The notes below the pieces were generated by a model. That model had not been told where the DNA came from. It saw nothing but the letters and a program-made list of their open reading frames with translations, and did not search any database. Positions 53,329-64,000 of a DNA stretch of 64,000 nt are shown one piece after another. How positions within the stretch are numbered: the stretch's first letter is position 1; the number at the start of each line of letters is the position of its first letter. Both the position numbers and the translations under genes were made by a program. The stretch is from Octopus vulgaris (taxonomy: Eukaryota): contig OX597815.1 of the NCBI GenBank assembly GCA_951406725.2, forward strand, positions 81,778,001 through 81,842,000, read 5' to 3'.

Positions 53329-53961
53329 ACTATCTTTAATTTTTCCAGATAGTAAATTTTCATTAAATGCTATGGCAAGCAGCAGTTAGCGAGTCAGGAA
53401 GGCAGGTCAGAAACAGGGAGGAATGTGTGTGCGTGTATATGTCTCGTGTGTGTGTTTTGTTGTAGTATATGTGTGTGTGTACGTGTGCGTTTTTTTGTGT
53501 GTATGGCGAGTAACTGTGCTTAACTAAGTGTATGTGTGCGTGTGTGTGCTTGTACGTGCGTATATGTATAATTGTATGCATGTATGTATGTGTGTGTGCG
53601 CATGTTTTGGTGAGCGTATGTATGTGTGTGTGTCTGTGCTTATATGTGTGTACGTATGTGTATGTGTGCGTGCGCGTGGAGGTATATGTTGTGTGTATGT
53701 ATATGTGTCGGTGTGTATGTGAATTCGTGTGTGTTTGTACGTGTGTAAGTGTGTGTGCGTGTATTGTATATATATATGTAAATGTGTGTGTGTAAGTGCG
53801 TGGGAGTGAATATATGTATGTATATATATGTATATATATATACATGTATACATTATATATTTATATCTATATATATATCTACATCTATATCTATATACCT
53901 ATATCTATTTGTCTGTCCATCTATCTATCTATCTCTCTTTTTATATACATGTATATATGTA

Positions 53962-54477
53962 TCTCTCTCTATATAAACGGCAGTTTGTCTGTCTGTGTGT
54001 CTGTCAGGTTGTACCCTCACCCTGACCACGGCTTTCAACCGATTCTGATGAAACTTGACACACACATAGCCCAATGTCATAATTCAAAACTAACGCAGCG
54101 AAAATTTTGAAAAGTTCCCCCAGTTCTGAAAAGAACCGATAAATTCGACATGGGGGTCGAGAATCTAAGCTTTTTATTTGCAACACATTTTCTGTTGTAG
54201 TTTTCGAAACTTGCAATCGATTTTCACCAAACTCATGGTGAAGCTTAATGTTACCCTAAGAAACTTAATTCTGACGTTAGTTTTCCATGCAATACCTTAC
54301 CATCAGAAAAAATCGATAAATTCATGCCATTTTGGGAAATCGCGTTCAAATTCAAGATGACATATTTTCGACAATATCTTTCACAAATTGGCAGGAATTT
54401 TTAAAAAATTCACAGCGAGCATCATGTCTGCTCCAGGGGCTCTTACATACCCGGGCAATGCCGGGCTATGCTGCTAG
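53962..54477 (+). mobile_element. Non-autonomous Helitron
   Basis: A|TC 5' end, 3' hairpin CCCGGGCAATGCCGGG (54450-54465), CTAG|T end and no TSD. Confidence 0.9.
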
Positions 54478-54582
54478 TGTATGTATAAATGACATTGCTT
54501 TTAGTATTTTCATATACAGTATTATAAACATCATAGAAATGATTACAATAACCACAATATTTACGGTATCAATATTGTAATA

Positions 54583-54883
54583 CTCTCTTAATTCTTTTAC
54601 TTGTTTCAGTCATTTGACTACGGCCATGCTGGAGCACCGCTTTTTGTCGAGAAAATCGAGCCCAGGACTTTTTCTTTGTAAGCCTAGTACTTATTCTATC
54701 GGTCTCTTTTGCCGAACCGCTAAGTTACGGGGACGTAAACACGCCAGCATCGGTTGTCAAGCTATGTTGGGGGGATAAACACAGACATATAAACACACAC
54801 ATACATATATATACATATACATATACATATACACGACGTACTTCTTTCAGTTTCCGTCTACCAAATCCACTCACAAGGCTTTC
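54583..54883 (-). mobile_element. SINE family A, 5'-truncated
   Basis: Well-conserved 3' two-thirds. Confidence 0.85.
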
Positions 54884-55449
54884 GTAAATTGTTTACAATA
54901 GAATGGACGATTTCCTTATGCCTCCTTTTATGACGTATAAAGTGAAAAATATACAGAATAAACATAAAAATAAAAAAAAAAATGGTAAAAAGGATATGCA
55001 AAACGAAATATTCTTGCATTTTCTACCCAGAATAATGTAAGGAAAAAACATGGGGTTTGAGGATATTTAAACAAGTAATGTATGATTGATTGACTTTCAA
55101 AATGTTTACTGTTCGAATATGTTACAATGTATTGATGGAAGCTTTAATCGAATTATATATCTTGGAGTTTTGTGTATAGTTATATAACGATTGTGGTAAA
55201 TTACCTGTAATGTTTGCTTTGGTAAGTTTATTTGGTTTAATATTTCATTATATTGATGTGTTCAAATTCTATTCATTCTTGTATTGCTGATGAACAAACA
55301 TATAGCTAAACTTATATAGCAAAAAAAAAAAGAATAAATAGATAAATAAATAAGTAGATAAATGAATAAATAAATAAATAATGTAATGTGATTGATTGTA
55401 AACTAATAAAAGAAAACCAAGACCAAGAGGAAAAGTAAGGAGAACGATG

Positions 55450-55479
55450 TGAATGATGATGATGATAATAATAATAATG

Positions 55480-55558
<79 letters not shown>

Positions 55559-55625
55559 TGATGAGAAGAAGAAGAAGAAAAACAACAACAACAACAACAA
55601 CAACAGCAATAACAGCAACGACAAA
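55450..55625. repeat. Compound trinucleotide microsatellite (GAT/AAT/GAA/CAA)
   Basis: Directly visible. Confidence 0.95.
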
Positions 55626-56380
55626 AATATTATCCTTTAATAAAATTGAAAGGCAATTAGTCTCAGAAAATTGTCGATTCTATCAATACATACACACATA
55701 TATTCGCTGTATCCACACACACATGCGCGCGTTTATACATACATGCATACATACATAAATACATACATACATACATACATACATACATACATACATACAT
55801 ACATACATACATGCATACATGCATATATATATATATATAATATATATATATACATATATATTAACTTGGATGTACGTCTATAGACATACGTATATACATA
55901 TGTATACACACACACACATACACACATACACTCCACCACTCCACGTACGTACAGAAATGTTTTATTCTATAAAATCGAATTTAGAATTAATTTTATTGTA
56001 AACATAGCATTAAAATAATATCGTCTACTAATAACAAAACAACCGCATCACTTTTACTTATATTCCCAGAAATCATTTCCTGTTGTCATTTTTTCGTATT
56101 ATGCTCTCCTATACATATATATCTGTTATAGTTAGATTTCATGGAAAAGGTATACATTTGACATGAATAATTTGTGATGGCCATTTTGAACCGCAAAGAA
56201 GTAAAACAAACGGTATCAAAGAAAATAACGTTAATACAAAGAGACAAAAAATCGAAAATCATTAAATCAACGAGCGGATCACGAACCACGTAGCCCTTTC
56301 CCTAGCCCAGTGCGAATGCTTCTCACTATAGTCTAGAAAACTTATTACAACCTCTTCTAAAATGTGTGTTTATGCGTGTG

Positions 56381-56412
<32 letters not shown>

Positions 56413-56469
56413 TGTATGTATGTATGTATGTATGTATGTATGTGTGCGTGTATATATATATATATAAAA

Positions 56470-56677
56470 AGTTAATCCAAACATGAAAACACAAAGAGAA
56501 AACACAACAACGCGAGGACGTGGAACAAGTATAATATCATTGGACGCTCAAGAAGGAAGGAAAGAAGGAGGGTTTAACGTTTCGAGCGGAGCACTTCGTC
56601 AAAAACATAGGAAAAGGAAAGATCCAAAGAAGGGAAGACGAAGGGAGAAAAATCGCCAACGGTACACACGCGGTCAC

Positions 56678-56680
<3 letters not shown>
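56470..56680 (-). mobile_element. Penelope-type fragment P1 with a mutated hammerhead (56572-56606)
   Basis: Reverse complement of 32885-33090. The core reads TTGACGA...GAAACGTT. Confidence 0.65.
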
Positions 56681-56718
<38 letters not shown>

Positions 56719-56720
56719 CA

Positions 56721-56803
<83 letters not shown>

Positions 56804-56804
<1 letters not shown>

Positions 56805-56928
56805 TAGTTATCGCCAAGGTAACATGGTAGTCCAGGAAAATAGGACGAATGCTGCCGTTGATTAGCTCCAAGATTAGCAGCATTCGTCCTATATTTATGG
56901 ACTGCCATGCTAGCTTGGCGATAACTAT
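56804..56928. repeat. Fold-back inverted repeat (about 52-bp arms) next to (TA)n
   Basis: ATAGTTATCGCCAAG...ATAGGACGAATGCTGC / GCAGCATTCGTCCTAT...CTTGGCGATAACTAT. Confidence 0.85.
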
Positions 56929-57666
56929 CAATATCCAGTACCGCTGCCGTAGCTTTGTTTAGAGAGATTCAGAAATACTAATATGTATATGTATATATAT
57001 ATATATATATATATTTATAAATGAAAAGAAAATGAAGATATACAATTATCAATTCAAAAATAAAAATTTATTAACATAATATTATATTATCTTCTTATAG
57101 CAATATAATATAATATAATATAATATAATATAATAAAATATAATATAATAAATAATTGTTATTAAATGCAAATTGCATACAATTGTTTTGTTTCTTACCC
57201 ATAATAAAATTATAATTATAAAAATCCATGCTTGTAAGTAAGAATCTCTTCAGTGTAGCGTTTGATATATGAGGAATTACATCACCGAGGCCGACTTTGT
57301 CTTGTCTTTCATCTGTTCGGAGTCGATAAATTAAGTACCAGTGAAACACTGGGGTCGATATAATAGACTTGTCCCCTCCATCAAATAGGCGTTTTGCCTA
57401 TAGTAGAAAGTATGTACGTATGTATGTATGTATGTATGTATGTATGTATGTATGTATGTATGTATGTATGCATGGATGCATGTATGTACGTATGTACATA
57501 CACACACACGCACGTGCACACATACACACCACACACACACACACACATACTCGAAACGTCAGACTCTCTATTTACCTAGCGTCAGGCTTATACATTTCTT
57601 GCATACGTCCTCTTATCTGTTTATTTCATTTTTCATTTATTTGAAGTGATTGTTTATTTGAATTGA

Positions 57667-57938
<272 letters not shown>

Positions 57939-58329
57939 TCTGTTTTAACTTTATCATTTAATTTTCAGAAAAATAATTGCTCTGTGAATTTTTTGCTAGC
58001 AGGATAGTTTATTATTCAAATGCATATGGAAAGATCTAATCTACTTCGAGTCGATGTTTCCGAAATAAATAAATACACATGATTCATAAATGCTAGCATT
58101 CGCGTATAAATGATACTAGACCAGTGATTTGAAAGTCTTTTCGATCTCTGGCACATTGAATTAAGTACTAAAAGTGTTATGGCATATCAGGATTTGTTAA
58201 AAGAGTTTTGTTGTATAAGAAGGAGATCGAGTATTAAAGCAAACTTAAAATAGAAGTGAGTGTATGCACACGCACTTTGCGGGAAGGAATGCACATGTAC
58301 CAGTGCGGTGAATTAAACACGATTTAGAA

Positions 58330-59770
58330 AGACGGCGAGCTGGCAGAATCATTAACATGCTGGGCGAAATGCTTAGCAGTTTTTTGTCTGTCTTGAGTTC
58401 AAATTCTGCCGAGGTCGACTTTGCCTCTCATCCGTTCGGGGTCGATAAATTAAGTACCACTTGCGTACTGGGGGTCGATCTAATCCATTGGCCACCTTCT
58501 CCAAAATTTCGAGCCTTGTGCCTAGAGTAGACCAATACCCCGCCATCATCTGGTTCGATTCAGAAGCTTGTGATACGCTTATTATCAGAACATTGCTAGG
58601 CAGCAAGTTGGCCGATTCATTAGTACGCCAGGAAAAATACTTAATGACAATTCTTCGAGCTCTTTAGGTTCTGAGTTCAAATTCCATCGAGGTCAACTTT
58701 AACTTTTATTCTTTCCGAGACAATAAATATAGTACCAGTTGAGCGCTGGAGTCTATGTAATTGACTTACCCCCTCCGCACTAACTACTTATGATAAGATT
58801 TGAAACCAATATTAGTAGTCTTGTAAAGGTGGCTTAGCGGCATTTCGTCCGTCTTCATATTCTGAGTTCAAATTTCGCCGAGTTCGACTTTGTCTTTCAT
58901 CCTTTCGAGGTCGACAATGTAAGTACCCGTTGAGTACTGGGGTTAATACAACCGACTTACTCACCGCCCTGAAATTGCTGACCTTGTGCCAAAATTTGAA
59001 ATTATTATTATTATTATTAAGGTGGCGAACTGGCAGAATCGCTGGCACGCTGGAGGAAATGCTTAGTCATATTTCGCCCGTCGCTACGTCCTGAGTTCAA
59101 ATTCCACCGAGGTCGACTTTGCCCTTCATCCTTTCTATAAAATAAGTACCTGCTGAACACTGGGGTCGATGTCAACAATTAGTCCCCTCCCCTAAAATTG
59201 CTGCGCTTGTGGTAAAATTTGAAACCATTATTATTATTTCAAGTTTAAGGCGGTGAGCTGGAAGAATCGTTAGCATGCTGGGCGAAATGCTTAGCGGTAT
59301 TTCGTTTGTCACTCAGAGTACCAAGGAATTTGAATCAGACTGTTTTGATACATACATACATACATACATACATACATACATACATACATACATACTTTCT
59401 GGGTTCAAATTCCGCTGTGGTCAACTTTGCCTTTCATCCTTTCGGGATTGATAGATTAAGTACCTGTTGAGTACTGGGATCGATGTGATCGACTGTCCCT
59501 TCCCCACAAAATCAAGACCTTGTGCCTATAATAGAAAGGATTATTATTATTTTTAAGGCGGCGAGCTGGCAGAGTTTGTTAGCACATCGGACAAAATGTT
59601 TGGCGACATTTCTCCCAGCTCTTTGGGTTCTGTGTTCAAATTTCGCCGAGATCATGTTTGCCTGTCTTCCTTTCGGAGTCGATGAAATACGTATAAATTG
59701 AGCAGTGGGGTCGATGTAATCGACTAGTCACCTTCCTTAAAATTGCTGGCCTTGTGCTAAAATTTGAAAG
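58330..59770 (+). mobile_element. Head-to-tail array of six family B SINEs
   Basis: Copies start near 58330, 58597, 58825 (headless), 59018, 59247 and 59555. Several are joined by (TTA)n tails. Confidence 0.9.
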
Positions 59771-59788
59771 CTATATTAGATCATTATA

Positions 59789-59929
59789 TTAGGTTGTCCC
59801 AAAAGTTCGTAAACACTTGCGAAAATTGAATTTTTACTCGCCAAGTACTAACAAAAACAACAAAAATTATTCCTCAAAATAAAGACCATTATTTTCCAAG
59901 ACTTTCTACGAACTTTTGGGACAACCTTA
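59789..59929. mobile_element. Internally deleted mariner (MITE)
   Basis: TIR AGGTTGTCCCAAAAGTTCGTA is perfectly inverted, with TA flanks. Minus strand retains VLENNGLYFEE*, a transposase C-terminus. Confidence 0.9.
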
Positions 59930-61286
59930 TAATCTCCAGTTTGAAGTATAAGAGATGAAGAGACTTTCAGCGAGTCATTTCTGAGCTACAAAGCGGGTTG
60001 AATAAATAATATCTTAACCAAATTGTTAAGAACAAATTTTCTGTTACAGTTCTATATTAAAAGCCGTTCCTCCGCGGGGTTTCCTTCCTACCTACATGTG
60101 ACGCATATGTTGTGCATATATAATAAAATTACGAATGTAATATTATATTTTTAAAAAAATTACTACAAAATGCATTTACATATAATTACATATAATATAC
60201 CACTATTTTCTTGCAACCTTTAGCGACATATTGCGAAACCTTTGTTGGGAAATACCGATCTAATACGTAATATAATAACCATAAGCTTTGACATGAATCA
60301 CACTCAATTTAGTAGCATTGTTTCCTTCTAACGAAGCATAAAACCTCCTGATTAATTCCCTAAGGATAAGTAATGTACAAACAAGTGTTTTCCTTTTTCT
60401 TTTTTACTTTTGACTTGGAGACATATACGACATCGATGATGAAGAATCTCGCATATATTTCATTCGTAGATACTTAGATGCGAAATAGCACATTTATAGA
60501 AGGTGTAGCCTTCATATATTGTCCTAAAAATAAGAAAATCTGTATCGCGGTTTCAATTTACAGAAAACTTTCGTCAAATGAGAAATAGTTTTAATTACAA
60601 ACACGCATGCACACACACGGATTTATAATATGTACACTCACACGCGTATACTAATACACACATATGAATGTATATGTGTGTACACCGCTCTATATCGATG
60701 CTTTGAGTTACAGGGTCATAACACAGCACGGTGTAAATGCTTGTATGCAATTGTCTAAAATGAAATATGTAATCTTTCATTTAACGGATTCGATAAAGTA
60801 AATCCAAGGTTGAAATAAATACCAGAATTGGTGTGATCAACTAAATTATTCAAAGAGGATGCCCCTGCAGGGTGGCAGCTTAATGAATGGGGACAATTTA
60901 AAAGAACGAAAATGAAAGAAATAAAGAAATAAAGAAAGAAAATGCGTCGTCTGAAGTCCCTTTAACTTGATGCATCAATGTAGAATGGTATGCAAAGATA
61001 TGCGTACACACATACATGCATACACACACACCTACATGCATGTAAAATCTAGGGTAGGGCAAAAGACTACACAATTTGATATTTTTCACCTGCTGCTGAT
61101 ATTACTGTGCTTTTAGCACTATATACCTATACGCGATGCTTTCTCAAGACGAATACCGCAGTATTATGGCGTTCTTACAATACATCCATGTTAAGTAAGA
61201 CATACAGATTGCTATTCGGAACTAATATTACTTCTGTCCTAATAACTTATAGATATGAAAAATTATCAAAAGTTTAAAAAACTCAA

Positions 61287-61420
<134 letters not shown>

Positions 61421-61574
61421 TGTATGTATGTATGTATGTGTGTATGTATACGTATGAAATGATTCATTTTTAACTGTGGTACTCGAAGTGGTTAAAGCTG
61501 TAAATAATAGCATCTTTTGGCAAAGGGTTTTTTTAAACTCAGTATTTATATGATATTATTTATAGCTTTAGTTT

Positions 61575-61770
61575 GTGCGGTGAACAGGCGGAATCGTTAC
61601 CGTACTGGACAAAATGCTTAGCAGTATTACATTTGGTTTTATGTTCTGAGTTCAAATACCGCCGTGGTTGACTTGGGGGTCCATAAAATAAGTACTAGTT
61701 GTGCAGTGAGTTCGATGTAATCGACTATCAAGCACCCTTAGAATGTTCGGCCGTTTGCCTATAGAAAAAA
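61575..61770 (+). mobile_element. SINE family B (decayed)
   Basis: Matches the family consensus; a partial copy also at 57280-57410. Confidence 0.75.
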
Positions 61771-61914
61771 AAATTGTTGCTTCTAATTTTATCTACTTGG
61801 GTTTCTGCAGTTAAAAGCGAATTATTTCAGGTCCTCTCAAAGTTTCTAAATTCTTATAAGATTACACACACACACACACACACACACAGACACACACACA
61901 CACAGACACACACA

Positions 61915-61975
<61 letters not shown>

Positions 61976-61989
61976 CTCCGATACAAGTA

Positions 61990-62330
61990 TCATCACCCTT
62001 GCATATATTCAGTCCACTGCTGAACGAATGCTTCCGTATGTTCTCTCCACCAGCCATGGTCTGTTTTCCTCATTCATGTTTGAATGTCAAAGAATTTAAC
62101 TAAGTCTTCATTCCATCTTTTGCATGGGCTTCCTCTCTTTCTTTTTTCTGGACGTGGTGTCCACTCTGTCAGTTAGGTATTCCACCTAATGTCCTTCATT
62201 CTAAACACATGTCCTACGAAAGACCATTTCAGTGTTTCTATTTTCCAGATAATATTCGTTAAATCTATTGCCACTCTTATCCTGTTGTTTCTCCACTTAC
62301 CCATTTTGTTAATCTTCAGTATGATCTCAA
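61990..62330 (-). mobile_element. RTE LINE 3' relic
   Basis: Translates LKWSFVGHVFRMKDIRWNT*LTEWTPRPEKRKRGSPCKRWNEDL...EAFVQQWT, a typical RTE ORF C-terminus. Confidence 0.85.
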
Positions 62331-62344
62331 ATCCGATATAAGTA

Positions 62345-62770
62345 TATTAGTTAATTAGTTAATTTTTGGCTCAAAAAGCAAAAAGCAAGGCCATGTAGGG
62401 GGACATGGAGTTATGTACAGGCTGGTGTTCATGTAAAGAGTTCAAGCCACTTGTGGTCAAGAGAGACTTTGAACCGAGCGGTCGTCGGCATCTTCACCAT
62501 CTCGTCCAGCAGCTTATTCCACGGATCCGCAACCCGGACGGAGAAAGCCCCTCTCCTTCGATTGAGATGAAATCGTCGCAGATAGAGCTTTTTGGAGTGA
62601 CTCCGCAGCCGACGCTCTGGAGCAGGAGTGAAGAACAGCTCTTTCGAGAGGTTACACTTTCCGCTTATGATGTTGTGAGCAAGAATGAGATCACCACGGC
62701 GTCGTCGTTTTTCTAGAGAATAAAGGTCGAGCGTCTTCAGCCTTTCTTCATCAGACAAATTCTTGAAACA
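62345..62770 (-). mobile_element. CR1 LINE 3' end, open frame
   Basis: Translates EERLKTLDLYSLEKRRRRGDLILAHNII...RSHSKKL...FSVRVADPWNKL...FKVSLD* plus a short 3' UTR and TAAC/TAAT tail. Confidence 0.92.
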
Positions 62771-64000
62771 TAAATATGAAACATAAATATGAAACATAAA
62801 TAAACATAAATAAAACCACGCATAAGTGAAACCAATCCAACCACATGTATTTTCTTACATATACAATCCCTACCTGTCCATACTGCGCAGTAAAGAAGAC
62901 GACAAGCTAACATTCTTCGCTATACCCCTTGTATGGCATTGTCTCAATATTGTGGCACTTGTGTGAGAGGATGTGTGATGTTCCAGCTCGTTTATTGATT
63001 CCTTTCATTCACCGTTCCAAAGACCAGTGCACACTTCCATATGCTCTTTTCGGTCGAAAAAATCTACGTCATTCCAAAGATCCGGCAAGTGTCTTCTAAC
63101 TGTATTTTGTGGGTATATGAAAGCTCGCTATATTGTGGGAAAGCCAGAAGTTTATATAATTCAGATATACTTACTTCATCAGTCTATCGACCTAGTTCAG
63201 ACACAGTGGATGCTCTTTTCTGTTTCTGAATCTACTACTTGGGTAAGAAAACACTATAATACATCCCTCTCATGTTATTCTTCATTTCTCTCTCTCTTTC
63301 TCGAAATCCGACTTGTATGCAATAAGTGATTTTGGTTAGCTGTCCTAGCGAAACTATTATCATTTTATGTGTCAAGATACGAATATAATTAGTTTTTTTT
63401 ACAATATGTCTATCTGTATAACTAATTTTTTGCTTGTATTTTATTTCAATATGTAGAATTTCTTTCTGGGTTTAAATGTTACTACCATTTTTAAAAGAAT
63501 CACCACCTATCGTCATCACAGCGTATGACATGTATTTTAATATCTAAGCGAAATTTGTCTGATGTCAAAACCCCGAAATGTAAAATCACAAGAAAAGTCT
63601 TCTATTCTCTCTGTATATTGGGCCAATTCAAATCCAGTACAACAATAAAAACGAATACATAAAACTAACATCCAATTCTTAAGGTAATTTTATATCTTTT
63701 CTGAAACACGCGAGTTCGTATTTGATACGTACTTTCAGCTCAGCTTGTGCGTGTGCACAGAGGTACAGACAGACAGACAGACACACACACATACACAATT
63801 TCTTTTACTAGCAACAAAAGCCGTCCCCAAGACACTTTCATTCATGCATCCCTTTATCCAAGACAAGCGGTAGAGTGAAGCAACAATGTAAATAACATAT
63901 GCTCTAATCTGGTCAAATATTTCCTGGAACAAGGTAGGATAATGTAGTGGTTCTATACAACCACTATGCCCGATCTCAGAGGAACAGTTTCATCTTGGCT

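Noticed and set aside
58120-58325. Possible old hAT MITEs (also about 45285 and 60060-60260)
   Set aside because: The TIRs and TSDs are too decayed to define.
58330-59770. CRISPR-like repeat/spacer appearance of SINE stacks
   Set aside because: The units are about 200-bp diverged SINEs in eukaryotic DNA, with no constant short repeat and no cas genes.
62429-62797. 122-aa ORF as a host gene
   Set aside because: It is a 5'-truncated CR1 ORF2 C-terminus, and its start lies in a tandem repeat.

Overview
This is AT-rich eukaryotic non-coding DNA (intergenic or deep intronic), saturated with microsatellites and transposon relics. The SINE families and repeat landscape suggest a cephalopod, probably Octopus; this is an inference from recalled repeat sequences, not a database result. 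No host protein-coding gene can be supported, and almost all listed ORFs are microsatellite artefacts. Supported content: about 40 copies of 3-4 SINE families; 3' fragments of RLE-type (R4/Dong-like), CR1, CR1/Jockey-like and RTE LINEs; Tc1 and mariner relics; hAT and other MITEs with clear TIRs and TSDs; Helitron/Helentron elements, one carrying decayed 23-aa STPR repeats; and short Penelope-type terminal-repeat fragments sitting mostly in (TA)n. The most interesting signal is about 9 minimal type I hammerhead-ribozyme motifs in those fragments. They fall into 4 sequence types and include tandem and inverted pairs and non-canonical cores. Other notable features are a stack of four different RLE retrotransposon ends in one (TAA)n tract and a three-level nested insertion.
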